A stretch of DNA of 61,864 bases, the filler included, from Circinaria calcarea (taxonomy: Eukaryota): NCBI GenBank assembly GCA_051942165.1. It is 8 parts of 8 records of this genome, joined end to end, with 100 filler letters (N's around TTAATTAATTAA, not from the genome) between each part and the next. Parts side by side here need not be neighbours in the genome. Positions count along the whole stretch, not along the records: positions 46,501 to 54,135 come from JAVECS010001279.1; positions 54,236 to 61,864 come from JAVECS010001280.1; 6 more parts are not named here. One strand, given 5' to 3'. Position 1 is the stretch's first letter, and each line of letters opens with the position of its first letter. The translations under genes were made by a program, and so were the position numbers. Below are positions 47,161 to 61,131 of the stretch, one piece after another. The notes under the pieces are model-generated. The model was not told the origin of the DNA. It made no database searches and worked only from the letters and a program-made list of their open reading frames with translations.

Positions 47161-50100
47161 TCAGTAAGCCCTCCCGTTTCTCGTCCTGCCGATGGTCTGG
47201 AAAGTCTGGTGCCCAAATGCAAGTGTATCAAACCGATCGATTCCCGCAGCGTTCACGTCTCCAGAAAACCCGGAGAGGTAGAAACCAAACACCACCACCA
47301 GATAAGTAAGCACGAGAATACTCCCCTTGAAGTAGTTGCTCTAGCATTCTTTGTATCAGTGTCTGAGTCTGGAGATGGAAAACAGATATGATTAGCTTAC
47401 CTTTCCTTCACCGTACATGTAACTGAGCAGAAATACGCAAAGAATGACAGTAACCTGTACATGTTAGCAAAGAGTTGACAAAAGTTGTAGCACTGGCCAT
47501 ACCATATCCCACTGAGGGAAGATCAGGCTGTTGAATTATTAGCTCCTTTCAGTAACACAGACTCTGGAGGCCTCACTTGAATGTATGATTCGAAAGGTCC
47601 TCAGCATTGACGTAAAGACCATAGACGGCGCTGAACAGCACTAGAGCAGGAATCTGAAGCAAGCAGACCTGCAAAGCATAGGCAGATCCAATCTCCATTG
47701 ATAGTGCAATGTTTCCGTTCATAGCGAAGGATATGGCGTTCTTTGTGTGACATCAGTATGAATCAACGAAGCAGACTTCCTTCTGACTCACCAAGAATTC
47801 AGTAGTATTCGGTACAAGAGCGAATAAAGTGATTCCCAGAAACTTCTCGTCGATGTCAACACTCTCCAGGACCACATCTACCGTATTGACCAGGATCTCT
47901 GCAATAATCGCGTACAGCACTGTAGCACCAAGCAGTATCACAGCGCTCTTAAGCCGGCTCCAGTTCGGTGCATCATGCCCTCCACCTTCCCCGTGAATTG
48001 TAACCTCCCCAGCAACCAAATCATCGTTTTCCTCATGCACTGTTCCTGCTCTAGATGGAGCTTTGTGATGAGGGTGATGGGGGTGATGAGCGATGGCTTG
48101 CGCAGATGCCTGAGTTTTTCTCGGTGCTCGGGTGGCATCCCGAGCTGCCACAGTGGCCGCTGTCGCTGCCATTTCTGCCACTTGGCGAACCAAATAATTG
48201 TTCTGTTCTTCAGAAAGAAAATCAATCTGCAGAGTTTTCACACTTGCATTATCGTTTGTAGTACCCTCGCCTCCGCTGCTCTTTGGTGGTACAATGTACG
48301 GTGAGACATGTTGAGGTTGTGGTTGGTGTATGTCACTGACAACCGAGACGTGTCGTGAATCTCCTGGGTTCGATGGCGCTAGTCCTACTTGTCTGAGTGA
48401 CTGCCCAAGGATCCGCTTATATAATTGCGTATCTCTGATAGAGGTATCTCTCATAGGATTACGACCCATAGAACCAGCGCTAACGTTATGATGCTTGTAA
48501 CCGGTAGGATGAGGTACATGAGGAAGATATGATATGCTGCCATTCGGTCCTGAGGCAGGCTGAGGTTTCTTCTCTTCAACTTCAGTGTTCCAAATCACTG
48601 CTGCATGCGTCCGGAGTGTGAACCAGAGACCGACCACATATGACAAGAATAGCATGACAGCAGCAAACCAACAGTACGGTCGGACAGCTTGAATGAAAAA
48701 TCGATCATAGAGGGCAGGCACTTGAGAGAAGTAACAGCGTCGGCAGGTCCTATCAGAGGGGTCCTCTGCTGTGCAAGCATGGCAGTAGAGCTCATGCTAA
48801 ATCCGTTAGTATAGTTGAGACTCCAAAGGTACACCAGCCTACTTACACTACCATATATTTGATAGAACAGGGTAGGCCCGAAAGCAGCGATCATGGCGAA
48901 GAGCAGCATCGTCGATGTCACACCTGCAGACTTTACATTGAACCTCTGCGTCTTGCGTTTGATAGCACCGAAGCACATGGAAAGACCTGGTAGGAAGAGG
49001 ATACCGGCAAATATGCTTCCTATGATGCTGCCTTCAACCAGTTGGCCCTTGCCTTGATTGAGGGCAACACAGTATAGGAAGACCTCGACTATGGTTGAAA
49101 AGAAAGCATTGATCGCTGCACCTAGCCCCATCGACGACTGCGCGGATATGGAAGCCACAGCTTGACCAATGAAATAGGCCAAGGGAATTATGGAGAAAAG
49201 CGCCAGGGCAAATACGAAACCGGGATGAACAAGCCAGATTTTAAGGCCGAGAGCGACATCGAGGATCCAGTAGTCGAATATGACGAAGAGCACCACTCCG
49301 ATAAGGTTGATGAGAAAGATATTAGTGCCATCTATGGTGTACTTCCAATACTTGAGACCGACGGCACGATAGGTACATAGGAGTATGGAAGACGAAGGAG
49401 ACGAAGGAGAAGAAGGTCCGCGTGAATAAGCAGCATCAGAGTGGAATGTTAGCGCTAGTGGATGTCGGCGGAGGTGGTAGAAGAGAATCAAAGTCACCTT
49501 GCCCATAGGGATCCAAAAGACCATAAACCAGCAGATGGCGGAGACCAGTAGCAGTAGAGGGGCGATAAGAAAGTAGAAGAAGATGAAGAATATGACACGG
49601 CCAAATGTCCATTGACCACGACCAAACAGTCGCCGTTTGCTCCTTGGGCCATCTTCCTCTCTTCTTCCACCAATCCTGGCGTGGCCAAGAAGGCTGTCAT
49701 TCTCACCAGCAGAATCTATACTATCCCTGCGACGTCCTACTAAGGTCCTCATTGTCGATGGACCGAAGAAAAGGCGTCCGTCTTCCAAATCGCCACTTTG
49801 CCACTGTTCGTATTCTGTAATGCTCCGACCTTCGCCTTCGTCTTCCTCTGCATAAGCTTCGTCTTGCTCTAACTTCACAAATTGACCAAACGGATAAAGA
49901 AGATAACCTGCGAGGCCCCAGAGAACATGACCGTATTCTGCGGCTCCAGGTGTGAAACCAAGTATGAGGCATGTACCAGCACCCACTGCCGCCACTATCG
50001 CTAGCCACCATCCGAATAGTAAAGTCCACAGAAGGTTGAAAGCCCACAGCCATCTGCTGACTCTACCGCCTGGTGAGGAATGAATATCGCCATCGGCTGT

Positions 50101-51045
50101 CTTCTCTACGGATCTATTTTTCTTATAGAGTGCAGGCTTCCAGATACGGATACCAAAGGGGTGTGTTTCGTTGATAGCGTCTTGACGATCCTTCAGGGTG
50201 AAGCTCTCAGCATCACTTAGATCATCGTCGTCATCGTCGTCGTTGTCGTCATCGCCATTGTCATCAGGCTGCGCATGGGGATGTATGGTACCTTCTTCAG
50301 ATGTATCTGAAGATTCTGCAGGTTCATTTGATGGATTAGGCGCAGCTTTTGGGGCCGACGCAGCTGCCGCCTCCTCTTCTTCGTCACCTTGTGAATCGAC
50401 GCGCGGAAGATTTGCAGGTTGCAAGGTCTGTCGCCTCCTTAGGGTTGACGCTTGCCTCCGCATTGATGGGCCAAATCCTGATGCTGCCTTGGCTACTGAT
50501 GACCTTCGCCTTGCAAAGTCTGATTCGTACTCTTCAGGATCATCGTCAACCGAAAAATCCTGGCCTTTGTGGGGGCCTTGATATCTCGAAGAACCTCTTC
50601 TAACCAAACTTGGCTTCTTGGCTTTCGCAGTGGGATTTGTAGACTCCGGCGGGAAAACTTGGCGGCGGATGGAGGAACTTGCGCTCTTTAACGTTGGACG
50701 AGCCTGTTCCTGTGTCGATGTCTGCGTTGGAGTGCGTTGTCCTTCATTGGTTGACTCTTGGGCGGTTTCGTAACTTTCACCAGAGTCTGCTTGGAGTCAG
50801 CATGGTTATAGCAGGAACCAAAGGGATTTATGGTCTTAGGGTCTCGCACCGTCGGTGTTGATACTCGTCGATGGAGTTGGAAGGCGGTTTCGCCGTACCG
50901 TCGATTCTGCGCCATGGGGATCCCACCCATCATCTTCCTGTGGTGCTGGTGGCAGACGGATGGATGGTGCTCGAGTATCAGTTGGAGAAATTGGAGTAGA
51001 CTCCGCACGCCTCGAAGGCTTTGACGAGTCCTTGTCAGGCGTCAT
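47161..51045 (-). CDS. VNX1: Vacuolar cation/H+ exchanger of the CAX family, Vnx1-like, multi-exon
   Basis: ETHPFGIRIWKPALYKK, YKYTIDG-like YWKYTIDGTN, alpha repeats GAAINAFFSTIVE / GSIIGSIFAG and FALVPNTTEFL. Ends GRAY* at 47161. Confidence 0.88.
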
Positions 51046-51898
51046 TTTCTACGAGTGCGGTTGTGTAAGAGAAAGAAGCAGGATGGGCGAAAGGGGTTAA
51101 TGGGGAGATATCAGGGCCGCAAGGCCATCCAGCTCAGGACACCGACTAATCCGCGGCCTGGAGAGCAACGTTCCAGGGAGAATTGACTCACGATGTCTTC
51201 ATGATAAGTCTCCGACCCAGCATAGGATGGCAGCACGTGGACTTATCGCAGATGGGCAGCGATGTAGTGCATATCAAGTAAACGGGCCCGACGACAGAAA
51301 CATGTGCCAATTTCCTGATTCGCTGCCGTTTGAGCTTGGCCTTACTCCGTAACATTCACCCGTGTTCCGATTTACCGAACTGCGGCTATCTGTGGCAGGA
51401 TCTGCCGGCGCAATTAGAGCTTACATGGTATTGCCGGTAAAACTGTACTGGTAAGTTGCTGTAGTAGATGTTAGTGGGGAGGTTGACCAACCCCGGTATA
51501 CTCACCAAAGGCTGTACAGATACTTGGGAAAAGGAGCTGTAATATGGAGGGTATCCACCAGTGTATATTCCATCTTTCGGTATGAAACCAAACTGTCGCT
51601 TGGGCCTTGTATAATTGTTATAATAAAACCACGCTAGCATATATTATACCTACGACCACAAGAAGTGTGCACAGGATAGAGTCCATTCAGAGCTAATTAC
51701 ATGCTTATCTTAATAGAAAACTCCGCACTGCTGGGTACTAACACGTGACCAGTAACGCTAGGAGCCGGGCTTTTCAGCTTCTGGACCGGGAAAACTATTG
51801 GACGTTGTCTTCCAAGTTGCCCTAGTCTATTGTCCTACAGCAATAGGAAGCTGGTCCTTAAAAGTTCTTACCTTTTCGTCTGCAACTAAAATATTACC

Positions 51899-53177
51899 AT
51901 GGCGCTCGACAAGTTCTTCCACAACAAGATCGAGAGCATGAAGCTCGAGATCATCCAGGGCCAAGCTGTCCTGCGGCGATTAGAAGCTCAACGGAACGAC
52001 TACAACTCAAGAGTGCGCTTGCTGCGTGAGGAGTTGGGCCTCTTGCAGCAGCCGGGCTCATACGTTGGAGAGGTGGTGAAGGTGATGGGTACCAAGAAAG
52101 TCCTTGTAAAGGTACATCCCGAAGGCAAATACGGTACGCTCATCATCTCATCACAGTCTTTGTGAATGTTTTCTAACATCCTTTCTGAAGTGGTGGACAT
52201 ATCGGACAATGTCGACATCACCAAACTTACAGTCGGCAAACGAGTCACTCTACTCTCCGATTCATATAAACTTGAAAAGCTTCTTCCCTCCTCTGTCGAC
52301 CCACTCGTCTCGCTCATGATGGTGGAGAAAGTTCCCGACAGTACCTATGACATGATTGGAGGACTTGATCAACAAGTAAAGGAGATCAAGGAAGTCATTG
52401 AACTCGGCCTGAAGCACCCTGAACTATTCGAATCGCTTGGTATAGCGCAGCCCAAAGGGGTCCTGCTTTATGGGCCCCCCGGAACCGGAAAGACGCTGTT
52501 GGCCCGAGCGGTGGCGCATCATACAGACTGCAAATTCATCAGGGTTTCAGGATCTGAGCTTGTGCAAAAATACATTGGTGAAGGTAGTCGAATGGTCCGA
52601 GAACTCTTCGTTATGGCCCGAGAACATGCCCCCAGTATCATCTTCATGGACGAGATTGACAGCATCGGTTCATCGCGTGTAGAGGGCAGCAGTGGTGGAG
52701 ATTCAGAGGTACAACGGACGATGCTGGAACTACTAAATCAGTTGGATGGCTTCGAACCGACAAAAGGAATCAAGGTCATCATGGCAACGAATCGGCTCGA
52801 TATTTTAGATCCAGCTCTACTCAGACCAGGGAGAATAGACAGAAAAATTGAATTCCCCCCTCCTACGTAAGTCCTTATTATACTATTTATGCCAGAGCTA
52901 CTCCTAACATAAGAACAGGGTCGAAGCACGTGCTGATATTCTCCGGATCCATTCCCGCTCCATGAACCTGACTCGTGGCATCAATTTAACCAAAATCGCC
53001 GAGAAAATGAACGGTTGTTCAGGCGCCGAACTGAAGGGAGTTTGTACGGAAGCAGGCATGTATGCTCTGAGGGAGAGAAGAGTACATGTCACCCAAGAGG
53101 ACTTTGATTTAGCCACAGCCAAAGTGCTGAACAAACATGACGACAAGGAGGTCAGCCTTGGGAAACTGTGGAAATAG
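51899..53177 (+). CDS. RPT6: 26S proteasome AAA-ATPase subunit Rpt6 (regulatory subunit 8)
   Basis: [17 protein letters not shown], Walker A GPPGTGKT, Walker [10 protein letters not shown]-terminus SLGKLWK*; two introns. Confidence 0.97.
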
Positions 53178-53557
53178 ACAGCTGGAAGGGGGGAGGATTA
53201 GTCCGAGGTCCGCGAGTAAGAGGTCCCTTGATATATCTCTGTAATATAGCAGCGGCAACCATCGTCAGTAAAGATCATGACGCTAATAGATGGGAAATCC
53301 TTCCACGACTGCAACATGGGCAAGTTCGGTGTCGGCTTCGATGTGAGATTTCATGGCCAAATAACACCGGCGACCTCCTCCCAGTAATGTTATCCAAATG
53401 TGTCACTGTTAGGGGTATCTCTCTAATCCACTCTTTGACAAAAGTTTATGTCTTTGATCTCCTCCGAGCCAACGCTGTTCAATCCCCATGTTGTCCTTCC
53501 CTAGTATAACCGTTTCCGACCCTCGAACCTGGAAGCACGGGGCTGCCTCATCCCTCC

Positions 53558-54135
53558 TCACTTGTCCCCTCCTCCGCCGACCAAGGCTAATACCACCGCC
53601 CCAAGGATGAGCCACCAATACCTACCCCAGTCCGTTACATTAGTACTTCCTCTCCTAGCCGCAACACACCACAAGCAAAACTTACTTCTGCCAAAACGTC
53701 TTCTCCTCCACCTCCCCCTCCACCTTGCCGTCCGGACTGAGCACCACAGGCCTGTTCAGCACCGGCCTCGGTGCCTGCACCCTTTCCAGAATCCTCAAAT
53801 CCGGCAACCGCTTCTTCCCATCCTCTCCAGCACCATCGCCGGAACTGGAAGCTTCTATCGGAGCAGGCGGCTGGGCGGAGGAGACCCGGTAAGATACGCT
53901 CCATACATCGCTATTCGCGGGATCGAGGTAAGCGTAAAAGACACCGTGGAGGGAGGGCTCGAAGGAGGAGAGCGCAGTGAAGGTTGTGCGGCTGGAGAGA
54001 GTGTTGGATGTGGAGTTTAGGGTGCCAATGCGGATGAGGTTGTCAGTGGAGGAGGAGGGTGAGATGGAGGGAGGGGTGAAGGATTGAATGGTGTAGGTTC
54101 GCGGGTGGGAGGGTTTGTAGGCTAGGATTGCGAGG
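53558..54135 (-). CDS. ER membrane protein complex subunit 10 (EMC10)-like, 5' truncated; absent from the ORF track
   Basis: Own translation: ...PRPVLNRPVVLSPDGKVEGEVEEKTFWQK / GTAAGT intron / YWWLILGAVVLALVGGGGDK*. This matches the EKxFxQKYWW plus transmembrane-helix C-terminus of the family. Confidence 0.75.
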
Positions 54136-54235
54136 NNNNNNNNNNNNNNNNNNNNNNNNNNNNNNNNNNNNNNNNNNNNTTAATTAATTAANNNNNNNNN
54201 NNNNNNNNNNNNNNNNNNNNNNNNNNNNNNNNNNN

Positions 54236-55652
54236 AAGAGCGTCGATTCCACGGTTCTTCATCATGGTCCAGGTGTCCTTTGCGGCAGGGATATAAGCCT
54301 TTCCGTAGAGAGCAATGTATGAGAAAGCATAGCGATTGATAAATTGCACTGCCCAGTTGAGCAGACCAACCAGACACCCGAGAATGCAGAAGAGAAATGC
54401 TGCAAGAGCATTACCCGATTGAGCCTCTTGTTGCCGTGCAATCGAAACCGCTTGGCGTAGCATATTGATGAGTGCAACCACCAAAGATCCAAAGCTGATA
54501 CTCCCAAACGAGTATGTCAAAGAACGCCGCAGAGCTCCGCGTGTCGCCCCGGATGGCATTCCTCCTGGCTTTCCAGAACAAAAGAACCATGAACCGTACA
54601 CGCCAGCGATTACCGAGTGGATGGTATTCTTCAGCCATTCGGTGATCCAATAACCCGCAAAAGTGACGAAAACGACAAGCCCGATAACCTTAGCCGACGA
54701 ACAGCCTCCGTTACCTGCTGAGCAAGCCGGGTTTGACGCATTTCGATTTGTCTGATACTTGACATAGATTGCCACCAGAGTCACGGAAAACCATGCACCG
54801 AACGCGAATGCAATAAGACCCCCAACTGCAGACACAGTGTAGACGTGCCCATAGTTTTTGGATACATCAATGGCTGTCTGAAGCATTAAAACGGAGTACG
54901 GGATCCTGGGTATCCACGATATAAAGCAAATAATAGCGAAAATGCTGAAGACTGCAAACACAATGCCCGCAGAGTAATAGCGTCTGTAAAGGTAGTAAAT
55001 GGCAGTTCCGACTCCGAAGGCAATGTTCAAAATCCCAGTAATCCAGCTTATTGACGTTAGATGTAGCCTCTATAGCTATGCGATTGGAATGGGTACATAC
55101 ATAAATTGCTTGGTAAAAGCCCTGGCCATGGCAAAGTAAAGCCACGAGAAGACCAAGGCAACGACCAGAACAAAGGCGAAGAGGACGATGGTGTTGGTGT
55201 TCAAGGAAAATTCGTTCCCGGCGTTATAAATCCCACCGCCATTGAAGCTTTTATTGGTCGCGTACCCGTTCAGGGTGATACCAGAAACTGCGGTGAAACC
55301 GAGGAAAGTAAGGATAAGCTGATAGTGTGTCAGTAAATCTGCCGTAATAATATGCATATTTATCGTGTAGTTGTACCAAAATTCCTGCCCATATATCATT
55401 ATACTTTGGTTTCTCGAGCTTGAATGCCTGGTCAAACGTCTGTTTACCACCGGCGAGAGGAGATACAACGTCGCCGTATTGGGGTCCTGAGCCGTAGACA
55501 GGGGGACTCTGCTGGTAATTGGAGGAGCCATTCTGTTGGTAGTCTAGATTATTATTCTTGTTGCCGTTACCATCGTAAGGCTGCATCGGATATTGTTGCT
55601 GGGGTTGCCCTCCCTTGTAGTATGAATCCGCCTCGCCGCCATGAGAGGCCAT
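54236..55652 (-). CDS. PNS1: Pns1 / choline-transporter-like (CTL) membrane protein, 3' truncated
   Basis: FKLEKPKYNDIWAGIL, ISWIPRIP, TYSFGSISFGSL and YAFSYIALYGKAYIPAAKDTW. Confidence 0.9.
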
Positions 55653-57121
55653 TGCAACTGTATCGACAGACCAAGGTAGTTAGAATAAGGTCGAAGGTGC
55701 ACCTCTCTGCACAGCAGGAGGCTTAGCAATTGCTACAGAACTGCGAATTAACTCTGTGTCACCAATCTCCTTTGCTGCTCGAATGGTAAGTAGAAGGAAT
55801 AATTGCGCGCAGAGAACTGGGCTCCGGTGAGGATGAGAATGCTGGAAATGGTCTGAAGGCAGGTCAAGGACACCTGCGAAGCGTTGCTTTGGATGGAAGT
55901 TGGCTAAACGTTGTCGACCGTTGGTCTTGTCTGTTGATCACTGTGGTCGGATGGGAAATTGTTCATAGCTCGGCGCTAAAGTCACTAGAATCCTCACTTA
56001 GACTATTAAAATTTTCAGGTATTTTAACTCCATCTCCTATTCTGATTGGTTCAGATGGTATGCATACGAGATACTAGAAGTAAATAACAAAGCTTTTCCG
56101 GAGTTTAACTGAACAAGGCATTGATCTACTAGCGCCGAGCTATGAGCAATTTCCCATCCGACCACAGTATTCGCGAAAACCGAAAATGGATAAGCTTATG
56201 ATGTAATCGGCTTTCCCACCGCTACAGTTTCCCGGTTTAGCGCTCATCGGGAGTCTAGATGGACGCCACATCTTCAATCTTAAGCTAGCCAGGGGCTTAG
56301 CGCCTTGGAAAAGCGCCTTCAACGCCACGTTTACGGGGGTATAATAGATGTTAAGCTTCATAAATTCTTAGAATAGGAATTGTAATAGGGAGGGTATCAT
56401 CCGGTATATATTCCAGCTCTTCGTATAAATTCAAACAGCCAACTGGCCCTTCTATAGTTATTGAAAAAAATTCATGCTTACATTTATTATGCCCACGACC
56501 ACAGCACGACAAAAGCAGAGACTTGTGTAGAACTATTGGATATAAATTAGCGTTTGAATAATAAAATGTCAAGCTGTATCCTACTTTATGTCGCCGCTAT
56601 AACTATGCAAACTTGTCTTGAGTGCCAGCTTCTTGCCATATTCACTACAATCGCTCTGCAAAACTGCCCTCAGGAGTCCTTCACAGCACAATCAGGCTGT
56701 GGAGATATGGTAAGATTGTTCAGGCTCCGCCAAGGGCCTGAGTACAGCTGTAGCTCACTTATAACGGGGATAATCACGATTGTTACCTTCTTCCTACCCT
56801 GAAAATATACTTGTACCTCGGTCATTACGACGGTGAATGTGAAATCATCTACAACCACGGTGGAGCCGATTGCTGGAAGATAGACAGGTGAGGAGGAAGA
56901 CAATAATCGGGCTTAAAGGGAGTAATTGGAACTGAAGAAGGGGTAAGGATCCGAGGGTAAATGGCAGCACAGCAGCAAAGTCAGATCACGTTTTATGCAT
57001 TGTTTCTTGTAGTGGTCTAGGAGCAAGTAGCAGCTTCGATGGTGCTATCTCGAGAAGTCGAGCAATGGAGGTTACCAAAAGAAAAGCAACCCGTTGGAGT
57101 CCATCATAATACCAACATAAC

Positions 57122-59567
57122 CTATTTTACCTCCTTCATATCCCTCCCGGTCTTTGCACACCAGTCACGCAACATATTAGTAAACATTTGGCAAACTTCA
57201 ACATATCGCCTTCCATGACCTGCCTGTAGGGTTTCGAAAAACCAACCGCACCAGAATTCTTTCAAGGGGTGTAGTTCAACATGTAGTCCAACCCAGTCCT
57301 TCCTCACCTCGTCGAAATGAATAGCGATAATATCAGTAATCGACATATCGACCAATGTAGGCGGTAGAAATACCCACCCTGTTCGAAGGGGGGTGCTATT
57401 AATCAGTAATCGAAAGGTGTTACCGGAATATTTGTTGGGCTATTGGAAAGGGTCCAACGGCGAATCTACTGCAGTATGAGACGCGTCAGAATCTGAGCTC
57501 AAAAGCTCCTTCGTCGCTCGAATCGTCTCCCTCAATAATGCCAGCCCGGGGAATATCTGGGACGCACAGAATGAGTCACCAGCAGATATAAGAGATGGAC
57601 GAAATGTAACAACCAATCCTTCAGACATCAGAGCTGATAGAATGAGACACCCAGGGTACTGCTGTGCAATGGATGTTTGAGAGCTTGTCGTTGAGCTGGC
57701 GTCTGAGAACGGAGGGCTAGCAGTCGTCGAGCTCAACGCAACAGGCCTTGCAGGTGACTCTTCCACTGTGTGATGCTGCTCTTGAGCTGGTGCGGAATCA
57801 GTAGATTGTGCTGAATCTGTAAGTGATCCTAGAGAGGTTGTGATGATCTCATGTGCTAGTGGATATGTCGATAAAGATTCCCAAGAGCTTTGTTCTCGGG
57901 TAGATATGATAGAAGTGCCGTTACTGCTTATGACTCTTTTGACCGTGGGGCTCCCTATTAATGGAGATGTATCAACAGAAGATGCAGCAACCGTAAGTGA
58001 TCTTGGAAAGACTGTGACGGTGTCATGTGCTTTACACGGACGTGAAGGTGATTCTTCCACTGTGTGATGCTTCTCTTGAGCTGGAGATGTATTAACGGAG
58101 GATGCTGCAGCTGCAAGTAGTCTTAGAGTGGGTATGATGGTTCGGGTTTCGTTCCCGGGTAGGTATGGTAGAAGTGTCGTTACTGCTTATGACTCTTTTG
58201 ACGGTGGGACTTCTCATCATTGGAGAGGCAGCAAAGGAGAGTGATGCATCGAGAGTTTGAGGTTGAGATTGCTTGAGAGTACTAGGCAAGTCTACTTTGT
58301 TAGCTGACGGAGCTGACGGCATAAAAGGCGCCTGATGAGAAGGTAGATCTGCTTGATGGTTGTTCGGATGACCTGATGACATAGACTGATATCCCGGCGC
58401 TAAAACTGTAGCAGAATGCTGCCAAGTGGTCATATCCAACATCTCCTTGCGGATAGGAGAAGATGATAGTTGTGCAGATGTAGGGCCTGAGATGATGGGA
58501 GGCTGATGCTGGATTTGGGTATCATGATAAGTCCCTGGCGCAGTCGTTGGTGTCGTCATGCTATGATGTTGCAAAGTTTGAGCGTTGGGCCAAGTTCCAT
58601 TGGCGGTAGTAGCAGTTGGATTGCTAGGAAGTTTATGCTGATGTCGAGGAAAGTTTGGTCGTGCTCTTCGTGCAGTCATTGCAGTTGAGATAGTCGGGGG
58701 AGGGTCTTTCGGGGCGGAATAGGGTAGCAATGTGCCTGGTGGAATCCCTGCAGATGAACCAAATGGGAGACTCTGCTTTTGAAGAACTTGATGATTTGAC
58801 CTTGGTGCCGAGGGTGAAGTACCAGTTGGTTTAAAATTTGCTGTATCAGGCTGCTGGTGGGTAAACTGCGTTGATCTTAGCTCTTGTCGAGGCATTGATG
58901 TATGAGCAGGAAGAGTAGATTGTCGTGGAGGAAGAGTTGGCCATACAATAGGTGAAGGTTTCATTGCAAATGAGGTGGAAGGATCAGGCTGTTGGGTATA
59001 ATGATTGAGGTGTGCACTTGTAGCTGACGGAGTTGTTGGATTCGAAAATGGGAATAGAGGTGACTGATGCCCCTGGGTATTATATGGCGGCAATGGTCCT
59101 GATAGAGGCCTTGAGGTTGGACGACGAAATGGAACTGACTTAAACCCTTGTGTAGGATGGTAGAATAATGGTCCCCCGGTATTCTTGAAGACTGAAGGAG
59201 GAAATGGAATTGGCACATTTTGTTGAGTTTGATAAGACGATGATTCTCCTGCTGCATTGGTTGGGTTTGGAGCATTGGAGAGATTCTCTCCGAAAGGTGT
59301 GATCAACGAAGGTCTTGGTCGCAGGCTGGTATCAAATCGTAGCCTCTTCGATTCGGGTTGTTCAATACTTGAGCTCTGGCTGTAAGAGCGTTTATGCACG
59401 GCTTGACCATTGTAGATGAATTGTGATCCTATATCAAGGGTCAGGTGTATACATTGGAAGCCTCTCGTCCATATACCATACAGAACGGCGTTATAAAAAA
59501 TAAAGACTGGCCCTTTCTCCGTTCCTCCGTTGCTGGCCATCTCAGACTGTTGACGTTGAACGCCCAA
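57122..59567 (-). CDS. Orphan Pro/Ser/Thr/Gln-rich protein with internal duplication and an apparent frameshift (possible pseudogene)
   Basis: Three consecutive same-strand ORFs. SPTVKRVISSN and QExHHTVEESP each occur twice; the frame changes near 58145. Confidence 0.5.
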
Positions 59568-60498
59568 AGGCCCAGGGTGTGATCACTGATCCAAACAGAG
59601 TTGAGAAATGTTGAATTGGTAATGAAGAATAAGGGATGGCCGGTGAGAGAGAAGATGATGGGTATCATGGCTAGTGAGGAGCAGATAGAGAGCTTCATAT
59701 ATAGCCATTGAGAGCGGGGACATCTCGGCTTGGCCCTAGCCGGTTTAGGTCAGGTAAGATGGATCCAGCCCTGGTATCCTGAGACAGTACAGGCGTCATG
59801 GCAGACGTAGCTTGGACGGTTTAATCTGGAAGGAGCAATCTGAACTGTGTAATCCAACAGCGCAACAGCATTGCGTACAGTGACTTGAATGATGAAAGTT
59901 GCCCTAACCACGTGGAAGATTAAGGCGTTGATACAGATGATTCCGTTGGGGAAGAGGTCAGGAGCTTGTTATGAAACGGGTGAGGAGGCGGACGAGTAGG
60001 TGGAGGCTAGGTACAGTGACGACGTTTTATGGTGTGAAGCCTAAGTGAATAGGAAGATCAAAATCATCTCTTGAATTCTTCCTAAATGTCACGCAATGCT
60101 CCTCCTCCTCTTCCGCTTCCCCTCCCCTAGAACACGCTCAAGCTCCTCCTCCTCCTCCTACTATTCCCATTCCCACTCCCTATCGCCTGTCCCACCAACA
60201 AGACTCGACATTGGTATCATCAAAGCGCGAGACCGGTTGGCAAACACCTCGCTACAAGATGGAAACGGTAGGATGACCCGAAGCCTGATCCTAGCATCTT
60301 TTGATATTGGAATCAACCATCACGGTAAAGTTCTTCCCCCCCCCCGGCGGCCCCCCCTACCCCAAAAGATGAACCTATGCTTCCACCACTACCTCGCAGA
60401 CGACCTGTCCGCCCCAAGTCCTCGACCGAAAAGAGGGAATCTTCTCTCTCGAATTGCTTACGGAAGACGGAGCATATCAAAACGATATCTTTACGGAA

Positions 60499-60531
60499 TC
60501 GAGGAACCTTCGAGGAACCTTCGAGGAACCT
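60499..60531. repeat. 11-bp tandem repeat (TCGAGGAACCT)x3
   Basis: Read directly from the sequence. Confidence 0.9.
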
Positions 60532-61131
60532 CCAAGTAACTGCCCAGGCCCTCGGCCCGGAACATCTCACCTTCCATACTTTCTTTGTGTGTGATTGCAG
60601 GGGGAAATAGTTGTTAGTAGCATTTTTGATAACGCCCCCGGGCCCCCCGCCCGGTATACTTGATAACAACCATATGAAAACCCCAAGTAGAAAAAGGTAA
60701 ATTGTTGAATAGGCCTTCCGATATATATTCCGGCTCTTTTTGATAATTTTCAAAACATGTATCTGGGCTTGCTGCAGCTTGCTGCAAATAAACCGCGCTA
60801 ACAACTGTGTCCCCCGCAAGCACAATACTACGAATCCGGCGAATAGGGAAAAACTTCGTCTCTGCGGGCAGCGGCTGGGATGGCATCTACGGCAATCAAG
60901 TACCAGGTTATCTACTATTGACATCCATCGGAGGTCCCGGCGGGTCTTCAATGGTATCCACCTCTCCAAATAATGGTCCATGGAAGGTGATTGAAAGAAG
61001 AATAATAAAGATACATGAATGCTATTCAAATCGAGATATAATATATTTGTATCGGATGATGGGTTCTAGTGGCTCAAGATGTACAGGTATCCAGAAAAAA
61101 AGTAAAAAATGAAAGAGCGGTATGATGTATC

